Origin: Anthoceros angustus
Taxonomy: Eukaryota; Plantae; Anthocerotophyta
Length of the DNA stretch: 64,000 nucleotides
Direction: 5' to 3'
Assembly (NCBI GenBank): GCA_010909165.1
Contig: VJWM01000107.1
Span: forward strand, 124,001-188,000
Part shown: positions 36,338 through 50,041 of the stretch, piece by piece
Layout: each line of letters begins with the position of its first letter
Numbering within the stretch: position 1 is the stretch's first letter
The notes under the pieces: model-generated
Told to the model about the DNA's origin: nothing
Seen by the model: only the letters and a program-made list of their open reading frames with translations
Database searches by the model: none
Program-made: the position numbers and the translations under genes

Positions 36338-39300
36338 ATGGACGAGCGCAGGAGTCGGTCGAAGCGGCATGGAAAGCGATCGTCCAGGAAGAGGCGACGC
36401 GGGTCGATGTCTGGCTCCTCTGATTCCGAAAGCAGCCGGAGCCAGAGTCGAAGTCGAAGTCGAAGCCGGGCCCGCAGCCTGTCGCCGACAACAATCACTG
36501 AGGATGATATTCGAGAGTATCTGGCTCGGAAGGCGCAGAAAAAGGTCTGGTGTGGTTGCAGTCGGAGGGAAGGTTGATGTCCGCAGGCACCTTGCTCCTA
36601 GCTGACGCTCATCTTCCTTCCTGGACGCTGCAGGCGCTGAAAGTGGCAAAGAAAATGAAGACGCAGACAGTGTCAGGCTACTCTAATGACAGCAATCCCT
36701 TTGGTGACTCCAACTTGACGGAGAAGTGCGTGAGGGTTGTCCAGCTGCTGTGGATGGCTCGGGGCTGGGAATTTCGGAAATGCTGATGTCTCCTTTTGGC
36801 GCAGGTTTGTTTGGAGGAAGAAAATTGAGAAGGACCTTTTGACCGGCATGGATCCCAAGGAGCTGTCTCTCAAGTCAGAGAGGAAAAGGCAGAAGGAGCG
36901 GATGGTGAGCATGGGGCTTCAGTGAGAGGGTTATGTTGTTCTCTTGACACCGACACGGCGTACTTACAGAAGAAGATGTGGTGTTTATTGTCCTTTTTGG
37001 TGCAGTCTGAGATTGAGAAGGTTAAAAAGAGGCGAGAGGAGAGGGCACTGGAGAAAGCTCAACATGAAGAAGAAATGGTATGCGGGTGGTGTAGTGTAGG
37101 TTTCTTGCTCGTTTGTTGTATTGAGAAATTGGTTCAAAAAATTCTTGCTCTTGGCAGGCAATGCTCGCCAGAGAGAGGGCAAGAGCCGAGTTTCAAGATT
37201 GGGAGAGAAAGGAGGAGGAAGTAAGTGATCTGTTTCTCTGATGGGAATGTGCAAATGCTGTTGTTATTCACGCGATATGAGCCAACCTGTAACACGTTGA
37301 TGAACATGCAGTTTCATTTCGAGCAAAGCAAAGTCCGCTCAGAGATTCGTCTGCGTGAAGGCCGTGCCAAGCCAATCGACATACTGTCAAAAAATCTTAA
37401 TCTTTCGGATGATTTTGATGTGGAAATCAATGAACCCTATAAGATTTACAAGGTTTGTTAGTACTGGACCCCTCGTAGACTTTAGCAAGGCCCTCTGCAT
37501 CTGTGATACCCAGTTTTTTCCAGGGTTCTGAGACGGGTGAATTGACAGGGTCTCACGGTCAAGGAGATGGAGGAGTTGCGTTTAGACATCAAGATGCATC
37601 TGGAGCTTGACCGTGCAACACCAACACACATTGAGTTTTGGGAGGTGAGTTGCAGTTGTTCATGATTGGCTGGTGTTTGCTGCATGCCAGGTGAGGTAGT
37701 GTCCACAGGAATGCAGGTGGTCCATTGGTGTAATTAACAATGTACGTTGCAGGCTATGATGGTGGTCTGTGACTGGGAAATTGGTGATGCCCGGAAAAGG
37801 GATGCACAAGATCGTGCACGTGTAAGGGGCGAAGATCCTCCTCCAGAGATAGTTGCTGAAGATATGGGTCTACATGCAAGTGTTGATGTCGCTGTGAAAG
37901 AAATGTTGCTGGGCAAGAGCTGGTATGAGCTGGATGATTTACAAACAAGTATAGAGGCCAAAATGAGGAATGGCACTGCCAAAGTAGTGGAGTATTGGGA
38001 GGCTGTCTTAAAGCGCCTCCACATCTTCAAGGCTAAGGTATGTTGAAAGTTGGCTCTAGCTCGTGCTTCCACTTTTCCTTGATCTCGAGGTGACGTTTTT
38101 TCTCAACCTAGATTCTTGGGTTCTCAGGCAAGACTTCGAGAAATACATTCAGATTTGCTTCGGCAGCACCTACAGAGACTACAAGCTTCAGAAGAATGCG
38201 ATCGTCAGGCAGTGCAAGAGGTGGATGAGGGGGATCATTATCCTGAGAAAGCTGAAGGTCCTGAAGGTAAATATTTGTCGATTGGCTTGGTGCACTGTGG
38301 ACTATGTTGGTAGTAGTTGTGGCTCTAACACCCTGAAGGTGCAGATGTACGACCTTTCTCTCCTGAGATGGCTAGCCCCGCAGAAGCTAAGGAGGCAGAT
38401 GACGAGGCAGGTTCATTTTCTCCGGAGCTTGTTCATGACTACAATGGAGATGAAGTGGTGGATCCAGAACATGACAAGGCTGAGTTGGTATGCTTGCATA
38501 ACTTAATTATACCAGCTGTTGGAAGAATGCTTCCCAAGTGGGCTGCAGCTAAAAGGCCTCCATTTATGTTTTAAAACTCTAGGATCGAAAACGAGCTGAG
38601 GTGTTGGAGGAGCAACAAAGGAGGATGCAAGAGGCTGCAGCAGGGCCACCTCCGGTGGATGACGAGTTCGAACTGACTGGTCAAGAGAGAGCCCTGGTGC
38701 TGAAAGCGATGGGAGGTATGGAGGACGGGGATGCTATTCTTGGCTCAGGGGCTGAAGTAAACTTAGAGTCTCAGGTGAGATCCTTTCAGCCAGACTCTGT
38801 GTTCAGAATTACGTTTCTGTACTTCTTTTAGCTTCATAGTGTTCTAATGTTCCATCCTTGTGCCATCCTTGAAGGTGTATTGGTGGCATGACAAATACCG
38901 GCCACGCAAACCAAAATACTTTAACAGGGTTCATACTGGGTATGAGTGGAATAAGTATAACCAAACCCACTATGACCATGACAACCCTCCACCCAAGATT
39001 GTCCAAGGATACAAGTTCAACATCTTCTATCCAGACCTGGTTGACAAGACAAAGGCACCAACATACTGCATTGAAAGAGATGGCAGTACTGGGGAGACAT
39101 GTTTAATTCGATTCCATGCAGGACCACCATATGAAGATATTGTATGTATCTTATGCTGGGTTATGATTCATTATTCTCCTTTTTCTTGACTCATACCGGA
39201 TGTACAACATCTGAAACTCCTGGTTGCCCCTTTTGTAGGCTTTCCGAATAGTGAATAAGGAATGGGAATATTCACACAAGAAGGGATTCAAGTGCACGTT

Positions 39301-39358
39301 TGAGCGAGGCATCTTGCATGTATATTTTAATTTCAAGCGCTACAGATATCGGCGCTAG
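36338..39358 (+). CDS. Cactin (spliceosome-associated protein), multi-exon
   Basis: RS-rich N-terminus, GYSNDSNPFGDSNL, FHFEQSKVRSEIRLREGRAKPID, KYRPRKPKYFNRVHTGYEWNKYNQTHYD and C-terminal YFNFKRYRYRR*. Confidence 0.93.
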
Positions 39359-41001
39359 TGAGATGGTTAAGTTCAAAGCCAACTTCATGGGAAGATTATG
39401 CTGTTCCTAGTGCATAATGTTGCGGATGAGGCTGGGTGCTGCAATTCCTAGCTCGCTACACATGGCGTGGTAACATAGGCCCACTATGTAACAATGACAA
39501 GTTGGCGCCAACTACAGGCTTTTGTCCTCTCAGGCCAACGTCCTAAGTGGAAGCCATCTGCGAAGAGGTATCTTACCGTGTTTGACTGTGTCATGTGAGT
39601 TCTCTCGAAGGGTGAGGGGCCTGGGATCCTGAAGCCCCGTAGGAGACGTAAATTGGAACATAGCTTTCTCAAAGTCATAAAACGGATCTGGTTTCAGATT
39701 ATCTTGGAACTCTCCACTTGTGATCTCATTCTCTCTGGTCTTCTTCTGCTTATGCTATAAGCCTGGTGGCTAGTTTTAGGAGAACTATGTGTGTTCCTCA
39801 ATTTTGTTTGGAGCTCTCTGTCTGGCTTCTGGTTTTTAGGCCTCTGGTCTCGTCTGCATACTTGCTGAAAGTGCAAACTTGGTAGGTACTGCCTGCGGTT
39901 CTGCTGCAGGACAAGCTGCTGCTATGTGACAGCAAGGTCATTGTTTTGATAACAGAGTACTTGTACCCTCCACTCACAACGAAGCGGTTTAAATTGTTGG
40001 CATATCGTCTGCTTTACCTAACGATTCTAGCCAGGTATGTTAGTGGATGCTAACTTTCACGCTGTTGGTGCGTAAGGTGGTAGGATGGGTGAGCTTTGAG
40101 CTGAAATATTCCTTGAAACCATGTTTGAGTTCGTTGCACCTTGGGGTGGCTGCCCTGACTGCAGTATTACCTGGCTTTCTCGATATTTTTGGTGTGCTAA
40201 GCGTTTGTTTCCCGTGGCAGGACACTCAGCTTTGGCTTGGTCACACGATGATTCCGCTGAGAAGCGCTTGTGCCGGGTTATTGCCAATTTCAACTTAATT
40301 ACAATTAAGCTCTGCAGTGTGATCAAGAGACACGAAACAGTGTTTGAGTATCTGGCTGTTAATCACGCGGATTTGGGGGCGGCATTTCTGATACGTCAGG
40401 AGTTTGCTGCAGCCCATAACGCAGAAGCAGTTTCCGCACCTGCAGTCCGGTCCCAGTCCGGCCCCAGGTTGCTTCTGACCTTCCATGGAAGTGAAAACCC
40501 TTCTGGTACTCGAGTCGAACTAGATTCCGCAGATTAGTTCAGCAGTCCGTTGAATCTGGTAAAGTAAGCGTGCGGTGTCCTCGACAGATGACTGGTGCTT
40601 CGTAATAAACTGCCACATTGCAAGCTCGTCAACCGGACGCTGCAACCACTTGCTGGCGCACATTTCCGGCTACCCCTATGTCTATCATGGTCTGTTCGGA
40701 GCCTTGTAGTATCATGTTCGTGGGAGAACGCATGATCCTCTCGCCGTCTGGTGTGCTGGCCTGATTTTTTTCCATTAAGGAAAAGAAACTGGCACATTCG
40801 CAAGATCAGCTAATAAAGATACTAATCGTCGTCCTACTTGCAACAGGTATCAGCTCTAACAGCTTTGTCCACGCTGAGTGTGGGACTAGGCCATCTGTGA
40901 GCAGAAGCAGCAGCGGCCATTCTGTTTTCTTCAAATCTGAGCAGCATCGGCAAGCTGGGTTGCGCGCTGTTGGAGCAAAGGCAGAATCAAAATCAAGTAA
41001 C

Positions 41002-42298
41002 ATGGAGAAAGGAAAGCGGGAGGTGGAGCTGGTGCATCCTGGTTACACTGGCCCCTCTGTGAAGATACCATTGCTGGGGCTGGGTGTCTGGCAGGCCTCC
41101 CCGGCCGAGTGTGAGAAAGCGGTGGAGGTTGCCCTTAGGAATGGGTACCGTCACATTGATACAGCCAGTCTGTATCAAAACGAGAGGGCTGTGGGTAAGG
41201 TTGTCTCTTGCGCTGTGATGCGATTTTGATCTTGAGGCAAATCGGAACTACTGAGTGCACTGCCCGTGTCTCCCTCTGGCAACAGGGAAGGGCGTGCGTG
41301 CCAGTGGGATCCCAAGAGAGGAGATTTTCGTTACCACAAAGCTGTGGAACAGTGATCATGGGTATCAGCAGACACTGCGAGCCTTTGAAAGGAGCTTGAA
41401 AGAGCTCGGTCTGGAATACGGTACGCGCACGCGTTGCACATTGCGCGGATCAAGCAAGCAGCTCCCACTTAAGAGAAATCTGTGATGTCTATGTTGGTGT
41501 CACGGATTTGATGCTGGATTTGTTTGTTTCAGTGGATCTGTACCTCGTTCATTCCCCGTTGAGTCGAGACCGTCTGAAGACATGGAAGGCCATGGAGGAG
41601 ATCCTGTTGAGCGGAAAGGCCAGGGCAATCGGGGTTAGCAATTACGGAATTCACCACCTGCAGGAATTGTTCGATTCGTGCCGAATTCGGCCATCTGTCA
41701 ACCAGGTAGGATCCGTACTGCCCTGCCTGCCTCTCTTCCGCTTCCAGCTGGCTCTTGCTTGGATTAACGGAAACCCCAAACCCTCGTGTTTCGGCAGATT
41801 GAGCTAAGTCCTTTCTGCGGAAGGGAGAAACTTGTACAGTTTTGCAAGTCCCATAACGTTGTGCTACAAGCGTATTCTCCCCTGACGAGAGGGACGAACC
41901 TAAACCACCCAGTTCTCGTGCAGGTGAGCCCCTCGACTCATTTCTCATGCAGCTGTCGCAGCCCTAGCCGAATGACTATGTGTCATGTCATGCGTGACTC
42001 CTTCAGATTGCCAAAAAGTACAACAAGTCGAGTGCCCAGCTGCTCATTCGTTGGTGCATAGAGAAGGAGTATGTGACACTTCCCAAGTCCGTGACCCCTT
42101 CCCGCATCATCGAAAACTCTCAGGTTCGCAAATCGTCTCAAACCCCATCTCATATGGCCCCTTCGGACGTGCTGCCCACACCTGCCTTGCGTGTCTTGTC
42201 AGGTCTTCGACTTTGAGATATTACCTCAAGACCTGCAACAACTGGATGCTTTAGACGAGAATCTGATCACTGGGTGGGATCCTACGACTTCGCGATGA
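41002..42298 (+). CDS. Aldo-keto reductase (AKR5/2,5-DKG-reductase-like), multi-exon
   Basis: [61 protein letters not shown] and WDPT. The start codon is uncertain. Confidence 0.9.
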
Positions 42299-42597
42299 AC
42301 ACACTCTTAGGGTTCTAGTAGATCGTGGTTTACTGCATCGTGGTTCTTTGCTTGAAGTCCTCCTCCATAGACAGTCTGGCACCTGCTGCCAGTTATCTCT
42401 CGACACGCTTTTTTTTGCGGATCTTCACAAACGGTTTTTACTTGGCCATGTTATTAGTATACATCCGTTAACAAAGTTTTCCATCAGTCCATTGACATCT
42501 GAAACTCCATGCGCTCGGAGGACCCGTCTTGAATGCAGAGCCGAGTGTCTGCCGTTGGCTGTTCCTGGACGTTTTCTGGGATTGTAGACATCGAACC

Positions 42598-43186
42598 ATG
42601 GAGAGGTGCAAATTTAGGTCACGAGAAGGTCCGGTCTCGGGGTTGGACGGGGCTTGTCCGAACATGGCAGAGCTTCCATCGTTCTCAGGCTCTCGTCACG
42701 CATTACGGCTCTCGGAGCCGCAGGTTGAGGTGTTGCTGCGGTCCGATCCTGCTCACGTGTCCTGCAGTGCCGACTCTCGGTGTGTTGCGCTGCAGTTGCC
42801 AAGGGAATTGAGCCGCCGGGTGTTCGCGCAACTGGATTGCGAAGACCTCGTCAGTTGTGCTTTGGTGTGCAAGTAAAGTCTCCACGGCCCTGACCAGTGC
42901 TTCGCGCGCTCGCTGTACAAGCTGATTTCTGTGTCTTGGAAGCTTTTCTCTGGCAGCGACTCATTTGGGTGTTGCTGCTTTGGAATGGAATGGTGCTGAT
43001 AGTATAGCTGCGTTTGGCTGCAGGCAGTGGTATTTCGAATGCGCCGAACTGATCCAGGGGTGGAAGGAGGAATACAGGGAAGCTTGTGTTCTGCGAGGTT
43101 TGGCATTGCGTGAACTCTCTGGAGTTCCTGGCAGTTGCACTCCGCGGGCCCAGTTTGAGGCTTACCTAGCTGGTAGTCCTGATTAG
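42598..43186 (+). CDS. Small F-box-containing protein (two exons, ~145 aa)
   Basis: LPRELSRRVFAQLDCEDLVSCALVCK|QW F-box consensus spliced across a GT-AG intron at ~42872-43023. Confidence 0.65.
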
Positions 43187-43981
43187 TGGGATGGGCGCAA
43201 GTGTGCATCCGCTTGGGCTATCCATTTACCTGCATTTGTGGAACATGAGCTAGGCGCTTGTACTGGGCAGTACTTCTTGTTGTGATGTGGGTTGAAGGTC
43301 TGCTCTCTCCACCCCTTGGTCTCAACAACCCCAAATCTGTAGCTACTGGAGACTACATATAAGCGCTTTGAGTAGTGCACTAATATGCTGTAGACTCTCG
43401 TCTTCCGCAAGTATCCTTATCTATCTGCATATCCGATGCCTCGTGTTGTCACTGCAATACGTGAGTATCTTATCAAATGTCCTCCGAAGTGCAAGGTCGT
43501 TCCTTTCGGACGTGCTTCACTGCTTCTATCAGGACAGATGGGGCTACTCATTGTTCGTGTATCATTCAAGCCAAGAGACCAGGCGGCCGTACAGTAAGTC
43601 TGCTCCTGATTATTTTAAGCAGCCCTGCTTCTTGTCCACTAAAGCGGCCCTGCCCCTTCATCATCCAGGGTACCCCTGCATCTAATCGTACCCGGAACTG
43701 ACTCAGGTGGTCTGTCCGTGAATCTACTTCCAGCGAGAAGAAGGGATTCCTGCAGGGGAAGCCCTAACAGGCTGGTATCGGGGAATGTGCACAACTGACT
43801 TTATTCTGGTGCCAAGCAACAAAACCTGGGTGTGGAAACCACCAGCACCGTAGATGCACATCGCCTTGCACCTCTACGCCAACAATTCTACCTGCTCTCA
43901 TAATATGAACAATTCCAAGCCGTAGGTCACAACCTCCTTACTGCCGTCAGTCTGGATAAAAATTGACTGGATTGTTCTCTG

Positions 43982-46363
43982 TCACGCTTTAGACACAGCC
44001 TCGGATTTTTCAGGTGGAGGTAGCACTGCCTTGCGGGACAGCTTCAAGTTACCCCTGAGATCTCTTCCGATGCACATGACTTGGACCTCCTCTCCTACAG
44101 AAACAACATCTGTGACACGGCCTACAGGGCGGTGCTCAAGCTCTGAGATGTGAAGCAGGCCCTGATGGCCTTTGTTCTTGATTTCCACAAAGGCTCCAAA
44201 ATCTTTGATGGCCACAATAGTTCCTGTGTAGGTTCCCCCAACCACAATCTCCCTGTTGCCCACAGCCGCTTCAATCATTTCCTTCGCCTCATCAAGGCCA
44301 GACTGGTTCTGTGCAAATATCGTCACTAATCCTTCGTCAGAGATCTGCAATTTGGTACCAGTTGTATTTTGGATGTTCTTCACTGTTGCACCTAGAGGAC
44401 CAATCAAGAGTCTGACAGCATCTCTCTCAATAGTTATAGAGCCCTTGCGAGGAGTGTTCTCTTTTTGTACCTTGCGAGGTTCTTTCAAGACCTTCTCCAT
44501 TTCATTAATAATGTAACTGCGGGCAACAAGAGCTGGTTCAAGGCACTCACACAGTATGTCAAGAGGGATCCCCTTCAGCTTTATGTCCAACTGTATGCCA
44601 GTCACTCCTTGTTTTGTCCCCGCAATCTTGAAGTCCATGTCCCCCAAGTGATCTTCTAAGCCCAGAATATCAGTCAGAATTCTGTAGTCCAGAAAATTGC
44701 CCGTTTCAGGATCCACAAGGGACACCAGGCCCATGGACACCCCAGCAACGTGTCGTTCCAACTGCACACCGGCATCCATCAGAGCTAGACTCCCTCCACA
44801 TACAGTAGCCATGGATGAGGACCCATCGGATGCCATCACCTCTGAAGCAACACGCACACTGAAGCTTGTGTCATCCTCGGGCGGAAGAACAGCAACCAAC
44901 GCCTTCTCAGCAAGGGTACCATGTCCAACCTCCCTCCTGTTCATACCACCAAGTCTCCCGACTTCATTGATGGAAAATGGAGGAAAGGAATAGTGCACAA
45001 AGAAGCTCTTCGTGGTCGGCCCAACAAGAGAGTCAAGCCTCTGTGCATCATCGTTCGACCCAAGAGTCACGCTGCACAGAACCTGCGTGTTTCCTCTGGA
45101 GAAAACCGAGGACCCATGCAAGGTGGAGTAAGTCCCAGCCTCACAGTATATTTCCCTCACGTCTGTCAAGGTGCGGCCATCCACCCTGATGCCCCGTTCA
45201 AATATGTTATCACGCAACAACTGTTTCTTCACCTGATCGAAAGCAGCTGGCAACTGCTTCACACCTTCATCGTCCCCTTCAGTTACCAGAACGGCCTTCA
45301 CATCATCCTGCACAGAGCTCAAAGCCCTGCCCCTCTCGAACTTGCCATAACCAGGATCGTCCAAAATCGTCTTAATGTGCTCCGCTGCCAGACACCTCAC
45401 CTTGTCCAACACCGAGGCAGAGACTACAAAAACCTGCACTTCCCTCTTCCGGTTGCACACCTTCCCAGACAGCTCGTACTGAGCTGGAATAAGCTTAACA
45501 GCCTGAGAATGAGCCAACCGGAGTGCAGCAATCAGGTCCTGGTTCGTGATCTCCCTGGCCTGTGTCTCGATCATCATGGTCTTCTCCGCAGTGCAAGAGT
45601 AAATCAAGCTCAGGTCACTCTCGCTTAACTCATCCATGCCGGGGTTCACAACGAACTTGCCCTTCACCCGACCAATCCTCACAGCTCCAATGGGCCCATT
45701 CCAGGGCACATCAGAGCACATCAAAGCTGCGGATGCTGCATTCACAGCCAGAACATCAGGATCCAGCTCACCATCAGAGCAAAGCACATTGGCTATAATC
45801 TGAGTTTCAAAGTAATACCCTTTAGGGAACAGGGGTCTGATGGAGCGATCTACTACTCTGGCGCACAGAAGTTCACGCTCCTTAGGAGCCCCTTCCCGGC
45901 GCATAAAGGTGTTGGGAATCCTGCCTTTGGCATAATTCTTCTCCCTGTACTCCACCTGAAGGGGAAGAAAATTGGCACTCGAATCCAAGCGCGTCTCGGA
46001 AACAACAGTGGCCAACACTTTCGTCTCCTTCACCCCTGCCACAACCGCCCCTGACGCGAACCTGGCCAGCTTCCCCGTTTCAAAGCTAACAACCATCGAC
46101 CCAACGTGGGCCTGCGCCTCAAAAACGCTGCCCATCTTCTCAGGGAATACACGCCATGAGCTGGGCTGAATCACCCGAATTTCTGGCGCAAAATTATCAC
46201 TCGCACGACTGGCGCTGGACGCGCATCCCCTGTTGTCGACCCTCACTGCCCTGCCCCCATCCCTGATATCGAATCCGCGCCTCACCGGCAACCTGACCTC
46301 ACCAGCTGCTACGGCTCGCCCTAGCCTCCACATCACTCCAGTCCACCGACTTCTGCTCCCCAT
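43982..46363 (-). CDS. PNP2: Polyribonucleotide nucleotidyltransferase (PNPase), mitochondrial type, single exon (~793 aa)
   Basis: FETGKLARFA, RSIRPLFP, HGSSVFSRGNTQ, RREVGHG, SDGSSSMA and EDHLGDMDFKIAGT, then KH and S1 domains. The Arg-rich N-terminus resembles a targeting peptide. Confidence 0.93.
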   Translation of the reverse strand: MGSRSRWTGVMWRLGRAVAAGEVRLPVRRGFDIRDGGRAVRVDNRGCASSASRASDNFAPEIRVIQPSSWRVFPEKMGSVFEAQAHVGSMVVSFETGKLARFASGAVVAGVKETKVLATVVSETRLDSSANFLPLQVEYREKNYAKGRIPNTFMRREGAPKERELLCARVVDRSIRPLFPKGYYFETQIIANVLCSDGELDPDVLAVNAASAALMCSDVPWNGPIGAVRIGRVKGKFVVNPGMDELSESDLSLIYSCTAEKTMMIETQAREITNQDLIAALRLAHSQAVKLIPAQYELSGKVCNRKREVQVFVVSASVLDKVRCLAAEHIKTILDDPGYGKFERGRALSSVQDDVKAVLVTEGDDEGVKQLPAAFDQVKKQLLRDNIFERGIRVDGRTLTDVREIYCEAGTYSTLHGSSVFSRGNTQVLCSVTLGSNDDAQRLDSLVGPTTKSFFVHYSFPPFSINEVGRLGGMNRREVGHGTLAEKALVAVLPPEDDTSFSVRVASEVMASDGSSSMATVCGGSLALMDAGVQLERHVAGVSMGLVSLVDPETGNFLDYRILTDILGLEDHLGDMDFKIAGTKQGVTGIQLDIKLKGIPLDILCECLEPALVARSYIINEMEKVLKEPRKVQKENTPRKGSITIERDAVRLLIGPLGATVKNIQNTTGTKLQISDEGLVTIFAQNQSGLDEAKEMIEAAVGNREIVVGGTYTGTIVAIKDFGAFVEIKNKGHQGLLHISELEHRPVGRVTDVVSVGEEVQVMCIGRDLRGNLKLSRKAVLPPPEKSEAVSKA

Positions 46364-46767
46364 GAATGCAGATGGTCCAATTCGATTTCGGGCCCAGGAC
46401 ACCACAGACTTTGGTGCAAGCTGGATGCACCAGTACGCTCCCACAGGGACCCCGCCCTCCTGCTATCACTGCCTGCAGCCACCCACAACCGAACCATGCA
46501 CAGGAAGTGCAAGCTGGATCATGGCAGGCCTCATTGCATAAACTCGGCCACTTTGCACACAAATCTGTGCTTCCCATCGACGGTGCGAGCTATGTTCTCT
46601 GCGCATTGTCACCGTGTGCGGCGGCAGTCCTCAAAGACCTATTTCCCTTCGTCCATACCCTGAGAACCGAATTACGAGGGCTGAACGCTTTCGTTGCTTC
46701 TGAGTAAATAATGGATAGATAGCATCCACATTGGGTGTACCCCGATCCAAGTTCGCTCCTCGTTGCT

Positions 46768-47009
46768 TTCCCAATTGTGAGACATCGGTCTAATAACACT
46801 CCCACCCAGAATGCCGAGCCATTTTTCTACAATATCCGAGCCCAATAAATACCAATAAAAACCGATAGGTATCTGCGGCATATTTTTCCCCAATTGTGAG
46901 ACATTGGTCTAATAACACTCTCGCCCAGAATGCCGGCGCATTTTTCTACAATATCCGAGCCCAATAAAAACCAATAAAAACTGATAGGTATCTGCGGCAT
47001 ATTTTTCCC
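46768..47009. repeat. 120-bp tandem duplication upstream of PNPase
   Basis: cccaattgtgagacat..aatatccgagcccaataaa..gataggtatctgcggcatatttttccc x2. Confidence 0.9.
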
Positions 47010-49905
47010 GATTACCTCTCTTCCCCCACTTCCCATGTCATTGTTTTTTTCGCGTTCATATTCGATAAATGAAAAATACAACAGAGCTTCGAAGCTTCCG
47101 CACAATGCCCCTAATCCTCCTCCTCCTGCTCATCAAGCTGACGTCTCTCAATCCCCAAGAACCGTTTTCCATGTCCACCAAAACGGATTTGGGGAAATCG
47201 TTCAGGGCACTTTCCATGGAGGAAAGGAATATAGACGGGGTTTAATTATCCGGATTTTAAGGCCGCTAACAGACACGAAACAGAAGGTCCGGGTTGCTAC
47301 ACTGCCGCTCACCGACATGGAATGGAAGGTCCGGCTGAGAACTTCGCTGCATTGAAGAATGGACTCCAAGTGACAAGCACTACCGGTAAGGGCACCGCCA
47401 ACCGCCTCTGGCAGCTCCAACATTTGCCGCCAAATAGCGAAGGGCCATAGGGAGGCCCAAACCGTATGTGGGAATCTAAGTGGCCACGCTAAAAGCGGAA
47501 CTGGCTATTTTTAGCAATTTAGATTTCTTTTTGTGCACAAAGAAAGTGGGACTAAGCACAAACGCCAACGCACAGCAACCTGCCTCTCAAGCTTGCGATA
47601 TAAGGATGGATCAAGATACAGTTGACGCTCTTGGTCATAAATTTGGTTCACATGTCTATCAATAACCAAGGTATTTTTTGCCCATTGCCAAACTTCGGAC
47701 CAAGGCACTTTATGCATTTTCAGAGTAGTCCACACATGTACCTCGTTTGCCCATTTCACACAACTACTTATACTAGTTCCACTGATTTTAAGGCAGATTA
47801 AGCTCTTGTCCAAGGGGACAAAGGATTTTGTGGCCGATGTCGTGTTTTAATAAGTCTTGCATCAAGACATCTTAATAAGTTGATCAGTTCCTTTCCACTG
47901 TTTGGAATGGTAGTGCTATGAGTCAAGGCAGTTCTCTTCTCCGGTATGGTAAATTTCTCAAATTGTCGCAAAATACCACTGATTGTGTCCAGTTCCTTGG
48001 TATTTTATTTAAGATTATATATGCGAAATTGTGCCACCTTTCATCTTTTCTTCCATATTCGCAACCATTAAGTTTGCTCTTCTTCTTATTTTTGAATGTT
48101 TAGGTTTGAGTGATATTCTTTCATTTTATGTTTTCTTCAATTTATAAATTTGGGCAATTGGGTAATTGTTTCTCCTTCGCTCCTTAATATTCTACACATG
48201 CTTCACAAAGCTTTCAGTAAAGAGAATAAGTTGACGATTTTATGCTACTGCTAACTTCATCCTTCATTTTTATTTCTTTTCTTTATATATATATATATAT
48301 AATATATACTTCATTGAAAGAAAAGAATGAAGAAGCACTAAGTATACTAAGTCCACTAAGCAATCCCCTTCACTAGTAATTTGTTGATTTGTTTTCAACA
48401 AATACCACTGTTAAGTTTCATGCATTTAAGTTTTATATCATGTATGCTATTTCTAAACAGAAATTTCAAATTCATAATTTTGACTTAAAGTTTTTATTAG
48501 AAAATGTTCCGTGGTTTCTAAAAAGAAGCTCTTTTGGGTTCTATGGATTTTAAAGTTTTGATATGAACCCATGGGTTCATGTAAAAACTTTCAAGTTGCA
48601 TCAAATTTTTCAACCTACAAAAGTTGATATCACAATCTAACACTTCACAGCTTATCACTTGAGTTCAAAAATTTGCATTGAGTAATTAAACCTTAGCAGC
48701 CAATTCCGAGGTGTGACTAGTCAACTTTCTCACCCCTGCCATGACAGGTTTTTTCCATTTCTAAAACTTAAAGGCCTTCAACTTCCGGATTCTAAAACTT
48801 GTTTCGATATATCTGCTTTTTTCCAGTTGTGTACTTGGGTTTCTTGAAGGTGCCAGTCTCCTCTTCCCCTTCCTTAGTCTTCTCTTCCTTCTTAGTGTCT
48901 TGTTTCACCCTTTCTCTCTTTTTCACATCCACAATATCCTTCGTCCCACTTCTCTTCTTATCCAACACATACTTTATAGTATCCAATATCACTTGTGTAT
49001 CTTCTCCCGCCAAGAGCTCACCACATGCTCATAGAATTTTTCTATGCTTCATTTTACTTGAGGCTAACTCCAACTTGGCCTTCTCAGTTTGAATGTTGCA
49101 TGTCTGCTTACGAGAAGAAAGTTGCGTCCTCGCTAAGAAGTCTTATGTATCACAGGTTCCAACAACTTGCCTTCAATGGATTTCTATTCTGCATTTATGA
49201 CACATTTATGGACAATGTGCATGTACAAGATTTTTAAGATTGCTCTTTGATGCTTTTTTTGGTAATAGTCTTCAGAGGCTCCTCTTCGATTTCTTAATCC
49301 ACAGAGGTAACCGACCTGCCAAGTTTGACATGGAGTACCTCCGGATAGTAAGGATTTTGAATAACTGCTTCTGCCTTGCTCGCCATTCTTGAATTTATCC
49401 TAGGAGTTGCCAACATCTACCCGTTTCATCGTTGCTGGAATCACAAATGCATCTTAGACATAAGTGTTCTTTACTAACCCATGTCGTGCTGCGTCCACGC
49501 AACTATCTGTGACCACATAATGTGTGATCCGGTTCAGAATTTATGCAGTGTCATATCCATGCTCCCCAGTTCTGTTCTCCTCCTGATCATATATCGTCTC
49601 GTCTAAAGTGTCATGTGATTCTCTCCTATCTCATGCCCGCGTACCAGTGATTGCCACCCTCTGCCTTGCCCACCTTTGCTGTGTCATACTTAAATAAGTC
49701 TTACATCAAGATATTGAGTAATGGGTTGATCAATCCCTTTCCACCATCTAACATGGTACTGCTCTAAGTCAAAGTAGGTGCACTAAAAAACGATGATTTG
49801 TTGAAGCTCAATAAGGGAAAATTTTGATAAGGTAGGTTTAGGATTGAAGTTTTTGTGTAAGAGCGGAAGTAAACAGACGTGCATGGATAGGTACTAAGCG
49901 TAAAC

Positions 49906-50041
49906 TGGTGACGAAGAAGAACTACTTATTCTCTTCTCACATTGCAAGTATTACTTATCTTGAAACTCGTACTTGGTGACGAAGAAGAACTACTTATTCT
50001 CTTCTCACATTGCAAGTATTACTTATCTTGAAACTCGTACT
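49906..50041. repeat. Exact 68-bp tandem duplication
   Basis: tggtgacgaagaagaactacttattctc..ttgaaactcgtact x2. Confidence 0.9.

Noticed and set aside
43411-43420. GTATCCTT resembling a U12 5' splice site
   Set aside because: Outside any supported coding exon, with no matching branch-point and acceptor identified.
47500-49800. Possible decayed DNA transposon (repeat 47848-47931 / 49691-49777, YHVRWW motif)
   Set aside because: The repeat is visible, but no TIRs or catalytic motifs could be identified; too degraded to classify.
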